Below are positions 38,615-51,129 of a DNA stretch of 64,000 nucleotides, in pieces (the stretch's first letter is position 1; every line of letters begins with the position of its first letter). The notes under the pieces were generated by a model that had not been told where the DNA came from, made no database searches, and saw nothing but the letters and a program-made list of their open reading frames with translations. The position numbers were made by a program, and so were the translations under genes. Source of the DNA: Octopus sinensis (lineage: Eukaryota); contig NC_042999.1 in assembly GCF_006345805.1 (NCBI RefSeq), positions 27,342,001-27,406,000 of the forward strand, given 5' to 3'.

Positions 38615-39310
38615 TCCGTCAGAACTTTGGGGACGAATTTCGCCGACACAATCTGCAGGCACAAATCCTCCATCCGACACACTCCAAATGCATGAACCTT
38701 CCGTCAAAAGGAAATACACTGACCCTTTGCTTATTCTCAATTCGTGAATAATTTCCCTGATTGTTATAGGACGATATTCCCTGACTGTTCATCGACATTT
38801 CTTTATCGGCTCCTCGTTTCGGCTGGTGGATACTTTGCCAGAGCGTACCACGCTCCCAACAGAGGTGCGGCCGTGTTTGAAGCGGTTGTATCACTCTTTG
38901 ATCTGAGTTTTCCCCATGGTGTCATCGCCAAAGACCTGCTGAATATTCTGGATGGTTTGAGCTTGGGTACTATCAAGATTTTAACAAAACTTGATGCAAT
39001 ATCTCTGCCGATGTGTTCAGTGAAAAGAAAAATCTGACAAGCGCGCATTACACACCTTTACTCTAGGTGTAACAGCCAAGAACTAACGTGGTGTCGCGGT
39101 GCGAAAAGTTTCGTGCATTAGCAAGTCGGGTAGCACCTCCCATCCAAACGATTTTACCTTAGCAGCATATGTTTTGGCGAGAAACGATGAAGTCGGGTGC
39201 TTTTTAGGGCATCTTGTATGAGATATGCCTGTCGACTTAGTGGCAAAACTAAGGCAAGTAAATTTAAGTAACGTTAGTAAAAAAGACTGTGTACTTTTCA
39301 GTTTTGGGGA
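38615..39310 (-). mobile_element. Mariner transposon 5' half (HTH domain to linker), pseudogenised
   Basis: QRYCIKF, QVFGDDTMGKTQIKE*YNRFKHGRTSV, RSGKVSTSRNEE, ITIREIIHELRISKGSV and VSAKFVPKVLT. Confidence 0.85.
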
Positions 39311-39339
39311 AAAAAATTATAATATTGAACAATCCGTAG

Positions 39340-39735
39340 ACGTGGCTGAGTGGTAAAAAAAACCTGCTTCCCAACCTCATGGTCCAGTGTTCAGTCCCAG
39401 TGCGTAGAACGTTGGGCAAGTGCTTTCTACTAAACCTTCACGTCGACCAAAGACTTGTGAGTGGATTTGGTAGTTGGAAACTGAAAGAAGCCAGTCGTGC
39501 GCGCGTGTGTATATATACTGCGTGTGTATTTATGTTTGTCCTCCACCATCGGTTGACAATTGATGGTGGTGTGTAAACGTTCTCGTAGCTTAACGGCTTG
39601 GCAAAAGAGACTGATAGAATAAGTACTAGTACTCGATGAAAAAGAAGGAACTGAGATCAATTCATTCGACTAAAATTCTTCAATGCGGTGCCCCAGAATG
39701 GTCAGAGTCTAATGACTGGAACAAGTAAAAGATAA
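39340..39735 (+). mobile_element. Diverged SINE family B
   Basis: GTGGCTGAGTGGTAA head, TTGGGCAAGTG CORE-like segment and GAAACAAGTAAAAGATAAAAG-like tail. Confidence 0.75.
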
Positions 39736-39949
39736 AAGATAGATAGATAGATAGACAGAATAACTGACAGAAGGTGGTTATATGAAACGGAAACATCCGT
39801 CATTAAGAATGTGCAGTACTTTAAAAAAAATATAGTAAAAGAGGTCACTCGGACGACAAGATGATTTATGAGAAGAAAGGTAAAAAGAAACACATACAAA
39901 TGAACGCAGTGCAGTCTATCCTTATTTATTGTCAACTAAATATAACGAA

Positions 39950-40345
39950 CTAGCAGTATCGCCCGGTTATGCTCGGGTTTGTAAGGGAAATAACTATATA
40001 AGCATTTTTAGAGATGTAAAGTATAATAGCCATCTCAATATGGCTAATCTCAAAGGGGGGGGGTGTTACTGTAGCTTTTTACGTTCTGAGATTTAATAAT
40101 ACATTTTTAGAGAGTTACTTCCCTTATATAATAGAAAAAAATGCATTAAAAATGGGAAAAAATTATGGAAAATTTTTTTTTAATCGTAGACTCATCGTAG
40201 ACGCGCGCTAATACCCAGAAGGGCTCTATATGAATCACGACTATAAGATACCCGCTTTTGGTTACACTGCACCGCAAAATGTGGGTGTAGTTAGGAATCT
40301 AAATCGTAGGAGACAAACACACAACTTCACTTTTATATATAACGA
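39950..40345 (-). mobile_element. Non-autonomous Helitron, copy 1
   Basis: Reverse complement of 47780-48127, with a CTAG terminus and subterminal hairpin. Confidence 0.85.
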
Positions 40346-40623
40346 ATTTAACATCCTTTGGCAACATTGGTTAGTTTGAACGCGGGTGTAGGCGATCGAA
40401 TACGAAGTACGAGAAAGGGGAGGATGTTTGAGAGAAGGAGTGTGACAAAAGTAAATAACAAAAGTGTGTAGACCGAACGAGGAATAATGAGAGAAGAACT
40501 GAAAGAAATACGAAACGAAACAACCCATGCATGTATGTACACTATATGTCTCTCGACGACTTGGCGGTAAGATTTAGACAAACTGCTCGAAGTAACGTTT
40601 ACAGGAAAGATAGTGTGTTGTTA

Positions 40624-40654
40624 GAAGGAGGAGGAGGAGGGGAAGAAGAAGAAG

Positions 40655-40685
<31 letters not shown>

Positions 40686-40764
40686 GGCAGAAGAAGAAGA
40701 AGAAGAAGAAGGAGGAGGAGAGGAGGAGGAGGAGGAGGAGAAGAAGGAGAAGAAGAAGAAGAAT
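40624..40764. repeat. (GAA)n/(GAG)n microsatellite
   Basis: Read directly. Confidence 0.95.
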
Positions 40765-40981
40765 AGTTAATTGTGGATACATAGAAAAAGACGGTGTAAA
40801 ATATGAAAAATAACAGGTATACATAGGTATAGCTTATAAAAATATTCATAAATCCAGAAAATTTTAATATGATATTGGAGGTAAAATAAGTGAGGAAAAA
40901 AATAATATGCTATTACAGCCGGCGGTTATATCAAGCTAAAAGAGATATAATTGCTAAGATATATACTCGTGTGTGAGTGTG

Positions 40982-40984
<3 letters not shown>

Positions 40985-41015
<31 letters not shown>

Positions 41016-41125
41016 TGTATGTATGTATGTATGTATGTATGTATGTATGTATTTATGTATGTATTTATGTATTTATGTATTGTATGTATGTATGTATGTA
41101 TGTATGTATGTATGTATGTATGTTA
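40985..41125. repeat. (TATG)n microsatellite
   Basis: Read directly. Confidence 0.95.
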
Positions 41126-41219
41126 GTACATATATATGCACACACAAATACATCTGTACTCTAGAAGCGTTTCTGCAGTGTATATCTGCAATGATATTTT
41201 AGAGTATCATAAAGTTCTA

Positions 41220-41440
41220 TTATTATAGTATAGATGCCTGACTTGCCTTCGGTATATCTTCTGTCGCTAGAAGTAGCAGCAAAATCTTATAAGTGTACAC
41301 TCCTCTGACATAGGAAATGAAGAAAGAATGCATTACGTCTTTTAATCTTAAATAACCCCATAAGAATGGATTAGGCGTGGCTGGAATGCCTCTGATGAGT
41401 CAATTGCAACTGGATTTGAGCCGAAAACAACATCAGCTGC
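41220..41440 (+). mobile_element. Possible Penelope-like 3' remnant ending in a degenerate hammerhead-like motif
   Basis: LEVAAKSYKC resembles the Penelope K-A-K-x-Y-x-C segment. CTGATGA at 41392-41398 and GAAA at 41423-41426 flank a TCAA/TTGA stem. Stems I and III are poor. Confidence 0.35.
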
Positions 41441-42391
41441 ACCACCAACAACAGCAGCCGTTCAAGAATTTGGACCTGGAGATCTCCATTTCCAGCGACT
41501 TCGAGGGCCACCTCCTAGTGGTGTCGGGCGTCAACGAAGAGCCCTCGACTACAAGACGACCAAAGTTTTTTTTTCCAAGGTCTGGTGTATTTCGCCCCTA
41601 AGCTCTTTACCCGTCTTGTTGCTTAACAACAACAACAACAACTACAACCAACAACAACAGCAACAAAGATGACAGCAAGACAAGCCTCATACTCCATCCT
41701 TCTATTGGAAAATTGACAACGGAAGATAACTCTGTTCACCTGTGAGGATACCAGCTGCATAATCTTTAGATGAGAATTAAGCTGCACGTCATTAAAATAT
41801 TAAATATTATAAAATAGCTACAGTAACACCTGCCCTTAGTGGTTAGCCATATTGAGATGGCTAGTATACTTTACGTTGTCGAGCGGTTACTATTTACATC
41901 TCGTTCAGAGATGTATTATTGCTTGCAGACAGTTTTTCGAACTCAGTAACAGAAGTTACTGGGAAAAACATTACGTAGTTATTTGCAAACAGGTCCCCTC
42001 ATCGAAAACCGGTGATTACCGTACGTTGACAAGAGGCAAATACCTCGAAACTGCAGTCCGTGCGTATCACTTAGGTTTACGAGAGAGGGATGACCTCCCT
42101 TTGCAAATACCATAAGTGCACAGAAAGTGTGCCTAAAGCCAGCTGGAGACGATGATCTCCTGGGGCTAAAAGCTACAGTAACACCCACCCTTAGTGGTTA
42201 GCCATATTGAGATGGCTAGTATACTTTACATTAAAATATTAATTATCCACAAAATTTAGATTGAGAAGCTGTGTAGCCGTTGAAAGATTTTCACCATCAT
42301 ATTGCCGAGTGTACTATGTATTTGTATACATCTTATATTTGTATGTATTTTATAATACTACGTAATTGTACCTCTGTTATGTCCGTATCTC

Positions 42392-42573
42392 TTACTTTAC
42401 TTGTTTCTGTCATTCGACTGCGGCCATACTGGAGCACTGCCTTTAGTCGGGCAATAAGCCCAGTACTTATTCTATCGGTTTCTTTTGCCGAACCGCTAGT
42501 TACGGAGACGCAAACACACCAACATCGGTTGTCAAGCGATGTTGGGTGGACAAACACACACGAACACACACAC

Positions 42574-42660
<87 letters not shown>

Positions 42661-42793
42661 CGACGGGCTTCTTACAAGGCTTTGGTCGGCCCGAGGTAAT
42701 TATTAGAAGACACTTGCCCAAGGTGCCAGGCAGTGGGACTGAACCCGGAACCATGTGGTTGGTAAGCAAGCTACTTACCACACAGCCACTCCT
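42392..42793 (-). mobile_element. SINE family B
   Basis: Family match with internal deletions. Confidence 0.85.
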
Positions 42794-42834
42794 ATGTAAC
42801 ATTTATCCGTATCTATATAACATTCATATAACAT

Positions 42835-43025
42835 TTCTGCTGTACCTGTATTTCAAAGGGCCGGCCTTGTCACTCTCTGTGTCACGCTGAATATCCATGA
42901 GAACTACGTTAAGGGTACACGTGTCTGTGGAGTGCTCAGCCACTTACACGTTAATTTCACGAGCAGGCTGTTCCGTTGATTTGGATCAACCGGAACCCTC
43001 GTCGTCGTAACCGACGGAGTGCTTC
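42835..43025 (+). mobile_element. 5'-truncated SINE C tail-1 insertion
   Basis: Tail only; 15-bp TSD TATAACATTCATATA at 42816-42830 and 43026-43040. Confidence 0.88.
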
Positions 43026-44029
43026 TATAACATTCATATACTATTTATGTGTATGTTATATTTAAACACCATTCAGTATTCTTTCTTTTTCATCCATCAC
43101 CTGATTTAACAAAGTCACTTGGCCTTTGGCAGATTCTATTTTGTTGCAATCATTCGTGTTCAGTCTCATGTTGATTGATTACTTCGTCTCTCCCTTCTAC
43201 GCAGTAGTCTTGGGTACACCGTAAAGGATCGTGGATACTGTTTTCCTGATGATCAAAAGATAAAAATATATATATATAATTGAAGGTGCGGCATAAATAA
43301 TTGGATTCTTATTGGCTCTGGTGAAATAAAAATGAACAGATTGTAATGAGGTGATTTATTCCTCCTAACATACTTTTTATTCATCGCTGAACAAATTCGT
43401 TCTGCTAATTAATTCTAAAAAAAATTAATGAAACTCATTAATTTTACAGAATTCCCATCACAGTGCGATATACCTGCTTGCACTTGGTAGGGCAACATTG
43501 GGATGGCCTAATTAAGCCTGGCTCCTGTTTACACTGAATATCAGTGAGAAATGCCTCTCTACACGTTGTGATCAATTAGACGGAAAAACAATGGGGTATG
43601 CCTACCTACACCTGGCGCCTACTCGGAGAGAACAATCGCGTGATATGCTTACCTATACATGGTACCTATTTAGGTAGGCAGAACTTTTGTATTCTGTTGA
43701 CTTTTTTTTTAGTAGGTTATTTGAACAAGCAAATGAAATATTGATTTATTTTGGCAGCAGTTCAAATTAATTTTTCCGAGATGTGTTAGTGTCGACTAAA
43801 TTGTCCGCGGGGACTTAGTAATACATATTTTTATTTGGCAGCATAGAAAAAAAAGTTAACTCAAAGCTAAACCCAGAAATAAACGACAGAAAAATAAATA
43901 CTTTGAAACATTTAATCTTATATTTTATGATTTCTGTTAACACCTTCCATGAATAATATATCATATGATTATTAGAATATATATCTGATTACATTTGATA
44001 CTTTTCTGAAGGCTTAGTGGTAAAGAGTA

Positions 44030-44308
44030 TTCAGCTCGTGACCTTACGATCGTGATTTTGATTCTCGACGGCATGTTGTATCCTTGAGCAAGATATTTTA
44101 TTTCACGTTGTTCCAGTCCAATCAGCTGACAAAAATGGGTAGTAGCTGTATTTCAAAGGGCCAGTCTTGTCACATTCTATGTCACGCTGAATCTCCCTGA
44201 GAATTACATTAAGAGTACATGTGTCTGTGGAGTGCTCAGCCACTTGAATGTTAATTTCACGAGCAGGCTATTCCGTTGAAACGCTTGTTGTCGTAAGCAA
44301 CAGAGTAC
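44030..44308 (+). mobile_element. Older SINE with a different head and CORE-like segment, joined to tail type 1
   Basis: GTTGTATCCTTGAGCAAGATATTTT (CORE-like), then GCTGTATTTCAAAGGGCC...TTAATTTCACGAGCAGGC as in family C tail 1. Confidence 0.7.
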
Positions 44309-45532
44309 AATGGGATACTTTTGTAAATTCTACATTGAACATATTCTAATTGCTTCAGATACATTTTGAAAAAAGCGGTAAAAACTGTAGAATCATAAAA
44401 AAAAGATATAACATTAGGCACAATGCTATGGATTCCGTTTCACTTCATTCTGAGATCAAATACTGCTGAGGTCAGATGTGCCTTACCTCCTTTTGGATCA
44501 TTAAATTAATTTCCATTTAGTTTTTGAGCTCGATATTTTTCTCTCTTTCTCTTTCTTTCTCCGTAAGCAGAGAAATTGAACAACAGACATCATCACTTTT
44601 TTTCCAAAATAGAGAATATCTGAGTGAAAGACAAGCGTTTTCTTATCATAGGAGTATTGCTATTTTGTCGAAGCATTCAAATACAACCCGATGACTATCA
44701 TAGCATGGAACGAAAATAAAAAGAAAAAAAGTAGCAAATTTGTAGAAGCAAAGCACAAACTTCATTCTACGTTATTCCGTGTCCTAACATTCTTAAATGT
44801 ATTATTTTCCATTTTTTTATTGAAGGGAAGAAAAATCATGTGGCTGGAAAAGAAGGTCTACTTCTGCTGAAATATACATCTCATTTCCCATTTCTAACAC
44901 CTTTCGAAGCTGTCAGTATTAGTAAAAAATTTCTGCGTTAAATTTAAGAGATTTTACAAAATCTAAACCGAATTCTGATCATGCGGTTGTTGGTGTTGAT
45001 TCATTTTCTCAGTGGTGTTACTCGAGGATAATGCTTTTAATATTCCCTAGACAGCTAATCAATCTGTCAATTTGTAATTGCTTCAGTTTCAAGGCTTGAA
45101 AGAAATTAACGATAATGATATTCAAATAACGGGGGTAACTAGTAACTAGAAGAAAAACAATATATTTGAAAAACTCATTTTGATAAATCGAGAAATATTG
45201 AATTTTGTCAGTGAGACAAATATGTAAGATGATGAACCGATCGAACAAATTAACCCTAATCTTCAACTGGTCCTTATTAAATCGGTCACGGAATAAAATG
45301 CAAAATAGACCTCGCGTAAGCAAGTGCCACAAAACATTTTATTTCATGCACTACTTCTGCTATCCCGCGGCGTGTTTTAGCGGTTCTAGCGACCTTGTTC
45401 CTGCACCGATACATTTTAAGAAAGCGTCTTGTATCACACACACACACACACGTGGGATGGCAGCCAAGAATTCATGCTTGCGAAACAAAGCAAACTTCTT
45501 ACCTGATCGGCAACATTGCGCCTATTATATAA

Positions 45533-45573
<41 letters not shown>

Positions 45574-46139
45574 ATATCTTCTTTATCCCTGAAACTTGAA
45601 TATGCAGTCAGAGATGACTACTTTCACAGCCCAATAGAACATTTGCTGATTTTCAAGGGTTTGCTACTTAAATGAGGGACTTGTATGACCATCTTGTATT
45701 TTTATACTAGTCAAAATGTTTGGGCGAGGTATCCTTCACTCCAGATTCTGTGACACTGGTGACACAATTGATAGGGAAGTCTCAACGGTTTGTCAATGAG
45801 GTATCGACTCTCTATCATATTACATAGTTGACTCTTTATGTTATAGAATGAAGAAAAAGTAAGAAGATGACGATGAGAATGACTAAGATGTCGAGGTGGG
45901 GAGGGAGAGGATCATAATGTATGCGTGTAAACACTCTGTTTATGTATACACGTGTACAAAAACTAAAATCTCTAGTACTTATACACATGTATATGTGTCT
46001 GATGAAAAAAAAAATTACGAGTGAACTTGCTCTACGACGAAGTTCTTTAAACATTTATCACCGGTGTGCAAACTCTCTTGTCTTACAACAGAGATTTGAT
46101 TGCACTCATAACCATTCTCTCTGTCTTTATCTCTCATTA

Positions 46140-46527
46140 GGAGGCGCAATGGCTCAGTGGTTAGGGCAGCGGACTCGCGGTCGTAGGATCGCAGTTTCGA
46201 TTCCCAGACCGGTCGTTGTGAGTGTTTATTGAGCGAAAACACCTAAAAGCTCCACGAGGCTCCGACAGGGGATGGTGGTGATCCCTGCTGTACTCTTTCA
46301 CCACAACTTTCTCTCACTCTTATTTCCTGTTTCTGTTGTACCTGTATTTCAAAGTTCCCGGCCTTGTCACTCTCTGTGTCACGCTGAATATCCCCGAGAA
46401 CTACATTAAGGGTACACGTGTCTGTGGAGTGCTCAGCCACTTACACGTTAATTTCACGAGCAGGCTGTTCCGTTGATTCGGATCAACCGGAACCCTCGTC
46501 GTCGTAACCGACGGAGTGCTTCCATCC
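46140..46527 (+). mobile_element. SINE family C, tail type 1, full length
   Basis: 11-bp TSD ATCTCTCATTA at 46129-46139 and 46528-46538. Confidence 0.93.
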
Positions 46528-47309
46528 ATCTCTCATTATCTCGCCGATAAAATAAAGTTGAATTTTAACTGATGCTGAGATGGAGCTTAATAATGCAGCC
46601 ACTTTTGTAAAATTCTATGCTTAATATGTTATTTGTCCTCTCGTTAAAGATGTTCTTTGTTGTCATTGAATCGTTTGATTCGTTTTTCTTAACCATCTTG
46701 TCTCAGATTCTAATTACATTAATATTTTTCTTTGGTAGTGTACAAATTAGGAATTAGCTGGAATGTTGTTTTACAGTTGATATGAAACGTGTGGGTGTCT
46801 CTGTTTCTACCTAATCAACAAATACGTAGACTAATTAAAACAGATAATGCACTTTATAACGAATAGTGTGTGTGTGTGTGTGTGTGCGTACGTGTGTGCG
46901 TGAGTGTGTGGTATGTGTGTGTATTATTTATGTATGTATGTATGCATACAGACTGCTATGCAAGTTTTTAGTGACTAATAAACTCTAAACCGAATAATGT
47001 CCAAAGGGAACTGATTTTCAATGGTACCCTAATAATGACACTGGCACAATAGGTTTAATATTTTTTGTTTCCTAGTTTCTGGGAAAATACTTACCAAAAA
47101 TACATGTTTTAAAAAGCTAAGTCTTGAAACCACAATGGGATTAATGGAAACCTCAATGTAATCACAGGTGAAATACCTCTACTTATGCATTTATGTTGCA
47201 ACAGCAGAGTTAGACTGATTCAGCAACTGATGTGTAAGTCAAGTATTTATCAATACTAAGATAATTTATGTCTTAAGAACTAGTTGTTGTTTTTTTACCA
47301 CCATGGGTG

Positions 47310-47655
47310 CAAACGTAGCTGTGTGGTAAAACGTTTACTTCCCAACCACATGGTTCCGATTTCAATCCCATTGATTGGCACCTTGGCCAAGTTTCCACCA
47401 CTATATCCCCGGGCCGAATAAAGCCTTCTTCATGGATTTAGTAGACAGAAACTGAAAGAAATCAGTCGTATATGTGCATGCGTCTTTGAGTTTGTCTTCC
47501 AAAACCGCTTGACAACCGGTGTTGGGTTGTTTGCATTTCTGTAACTTAGCTATTTCGGCATAAGTAGCCAATTGAATAAGTACCAGGCTTGAAAATACTT
47601 AGATAAGTACTGAGGTTGATTTGATCGACTAAAACCGTTCAAGGCCCAAGCATAA
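47310..47655 (+). mobile_element. Diverged SINE family B
   Basis: GTAGCTGTGTGGTAAAA head, GGCACCTTGGCCAAG and CGCTTGACAACCGG. Confidence 0.7.
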
Positions 47656-47779
47656 CCGTAGTTTGATCAGTGAAAGAATCAAAAGAGAAACGATTAAAAA
47701 TAAGGTCACTAAACAATTACTGTTTCAGTAATGAATTCGCTTTTGTGGTGTTTTGCTTGTGGTACCTATTACTCGTATA

Positions 47780-48127
47780 TCTTTATATATAAAAGAGAGG
47801 TTGTGTGCTGTGTCTCCTACGATTTAGATTCCTAACTACTCCCACATTTTGCGGTGCAGTTTAACTAAAACCGGGTATCTTATAGTCGTGATTCATATCG
47901 TCTACGATGAGTCTACGATTTAAAAAAAATTTCCCAACAATTTTTGGCATATATAAGGGAAGTAACTCTCTAAAAATTTTTTATTAAATCTCAGAACGTA
48001 AAAAGCTACAGTAACACCCCCTTTTGTGGTTAGCCATCTTGAGATGGCTATTATACTTTACATCTCTAAAAAGGCATATATAGTTATTTCCCTTACAAAC
48101 CCGAGCAACGCCGGGCGATACTGCTAG
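47780..48127 (+). mobile_element. Non-autonomous Helitron, copy 2
   Basis: A|TC...CTAG|T termini with no TSD; GC hairpin CCCGAGCAACGCCGGG at 48100-48115, 12 bp before the end. Confidence 0.9.
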
Positions 48128-48946
48128 TTCTTGATATCATTTTTATTTCGTAGTTATTATTTTTGTTTCTGTCATTATCATTGTTTCGGTATAAGACAGC
48201 AATGACTGGAGAAACTTATAACTGAAGCCATTTCCTAAAACAACTACCTGTTCCTCTGCTCGAATAGTTAAATTAACTACTGATGTTGTCCACGTTTCTG
48301 GGTGGCAGAATTTCATTTACGAAAGATCTGGCTATTCTGTCGGGCAGATCAGTTAACCATTCGGTCACCTGATCGAAGGAGTTTATGCGTTATATAGGCT
48401 CCTTCATAACTCGATTTCTTGATGTAATTTATGAACTACACAATATCTAAACTAGAGAATATTAGAGAGGAATATATATTATCATATATTAACCTAAGCC
48501 GTCAAATTTCCAGATGACAAATGGATATGTTTCATAGAATATGATCAAGTACTAGACACTTCGCATATAAAAAAATGAATGATGTTTTCATATTTAATTA
48601 ATTTCTACTGTTTGAGTGAATGATGCTTGTTTACATTAAAGAACACCTGCAATTATGGAATTTCATTCTGATATTCGTGTATAATAAACCATATTTAGAC
48701 AGATAGTATTAATGTATATTTAAGATCACGTTTAATATACACCTTTCTCGTCTGTCAGCATACACAGAGATTCACATATTTAGGTATAGTTAGCTAAGTT
48801 AGATTCGGGAAAAATAAAAACTTTTAGAATGCTGTGTAAAGCTCGTCCATATTTATTGGCTACCTGATGTGATCATACAGTTGAAATGCACATGCTATAG
48901 GATTTAGTTCAGGAATTCCGCAGTGCCTGTAGAGTTTATATAAATA

Positions 48947-49542
48947 GGCGGCGAGCTGGCAGAAACGTTAGCACGTCGGGCGAAATGCTTAGCGGCATTT
49001 CGTCTGCCGTTACGTTGTGAGTTCAAATTCCGCCGAGGTCGACTTTGGCTTTCATCCTTTCGGGGTCGATAAATTAAGTACCAGTTACGCACTGGGGTCG
49101 ATGTAATCGACTTAATACCTATGTCTGTCCTTCTTTGTCCCCTCTGTGTTTGGCCCCTTGTGGGTAATAAAGAAATAGATATTTCGTCAGCCGTTACGTT
49201 GTGAGTTCAAATTCCGCCGAGGTCGACTTTGGCTTTCATCCTTTCGGGGTCGATAAATTAAGTACCAGTTACGCACTGGGGTCGATGTAATCGACTTAAT
49301 ACCTATGTCTGTCCTTGTTTGTCCCCTCTGTGTTTGGCCCCTTGTGGGTAATAAAGAAATAGATATTTCGTCAGCCGTTACGTTGTGAGTTCAAATTCCG
49401 CCGAGGTCGACTTTGCCTTTCATCCTTTCGGGGTCGATAAATTAAGTACCAGTTACGCACTGGGGTCGATGTAATCGACTTAATACCTATGTCTGTCCTT
49501 GTTTGTCCCCTCTATGTGCCCCTTGTGGATAATAAAAAATAG
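48947..49542 (+). mobile_element. SINE family A with its 184-bp body in three tandem copies
   Basis: ATTTCGTC unit starts at 48997, 49181 and 49365. Confidence 0.92.
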
Positions 49543-50373
49543 TCATTTCCAACAGCGGAGCATCAGCATGGCCGCAGCTCTGAGCTGAAACGTTTAAAAA
49601 CAAAGACAAATAAATCAGAGGTAGGAAATCCACTATAATTGCTTTTTTTTTTTCATTCTCAGGTAAGATGCCGTGCAATCAATTGTTTAATATCACATGT
49701 CTAGAGTGCGCCTCGTCAGGTGAGGTTTTGAATAAGTTCTTCAATTTTACCGCTCGCCATTTCACTTTGTCTAGTAATAATGTATAACTGGATACGCTTT
49801 GTATTCTAGTAGTTCTCAGCCGAAACTAGGGAACAGAATACACTTATAGTCAAGAAAAGAAAATATAATACTTTAATGCAAGATGCATAGATAAATAAAT
49901 ATACGTATATAGATAAAACATACGTGAAATTAAATAATGATGAAAACGCAGATAAAACATACACGGAAAAATACAAGATGTCAAAATAAGATATGAATCA
50001 ATAAAAAACCAAAAACAAAGAATGTCTTAAATGGCTTCTTTGGCTATAAATTCCCATTAGCGGTATTATAATGAATATAAAATTAAGAAGTAAATAGAAA
50101 AAAAGGTTACAAGAATGTAAAGAGATAACGTGTGATAAAGTGCGACTGGTTATTTTGCACACGTCAACCGCAAACTATTGGCCATCTCTAAAAAGCTTTC
50201 CATTCACGGTCTAATTCCCGTTTCTTTCGAGTCTACAGGACGTCTCGCTGTCTACGACTGTTGTCTGTCTCGCGTCTTTGGAATGCTCGCACATTTACGC
50301 GTTTATTCAATGACTCAGGTCTTGCGGCAAGATTCATTGTTGGAATTTCGAGCGAATTTAATTTATATACATA

Positions 50374-50868
50374 CTAGCAGTATCGCCCGGCGTTGCTCGG
50401 CTTTGTAAGGGAAATAACTATATAAGCATTTTTAGAGAGTTATAGCAAAAAAATAGCAAAAAGATGCATTAAAAATGGAAAAAAAATTATGGTAATTTTT
50501 TTATAAATCGTTGACTCATCGTAGACATTTTTAGAAAGTTACTTCCCTTATATAATAGCGAAAAAAATGCATTAAAATGGAAATAATGATGGTAATTTTT
50601 TTTTAAATCGTTGACTCATCGTAGACATTTTAGAGAGTTACTTCCCTTATATAATAGCGAAAAAATGCATTAAAATGGAAAAAAATGATGGTAATTTTTT
50701 TTTAAATCGTAGACTCATCGTAGACGCGCGCTAATACCCAGAGGGGCTCGATATGAATCACGACTATAAGATACCCGGTTTTGGTTAAACTGCACCGCAA
50801 AATGTGGGAGTAGTTAGGAATCTACATCGTAGGAGACAGACACACAACTTCACTTTTATATATAAAGA
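50374..50868 (-). mobile_element. Non-autonomous Helitron, copy 3, with an internal tandem repeat of about 97 bp in three copies
   Basis: Plus strand A|CTAG...GA|T; unit TTTTAGAGAGTTACTTCCC...GACTCATCGTAGAC repeated over about 50428-50723. Confidence 0.9.
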
Positions 50869-51129
50869 TGTACATGCGTGGTTGTGCGGTTAGATGTTTG
50901 CTTCCTAACTACATGGCTCTAGAATCGGTCCCACAGCCCGGCGCATTTTACTGTAGCTTCGAGCCGACCAGAGACTTGTGAGTGAATGTTTTAACCGGAA
51001 ACTTAAAGGAGCCCATCTTGTGTATATTTATACATGTATGTTTGTTTGTGCGTGTCTGTGTGTGTGAGTGTGTTTCTTTTTTTTCTGTGTTTGTCTCCCA
51101 CCACCGTTTGAAAACCGGTGTTGACGTAC

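Noticed and set aside
41377-41601. Gln-rich 74-aa ORF
   Set aside because: The Gln run comes from a short CAA/CAG repeat, there is no recognisable domain, and it overlaps a probable repeat remnant.
48947-49542. CRISPR-like array
   Set aside because: The units are 184-bp SINE bodies with no unique spacers, the context is eukaryotic, and there are no cas genes.
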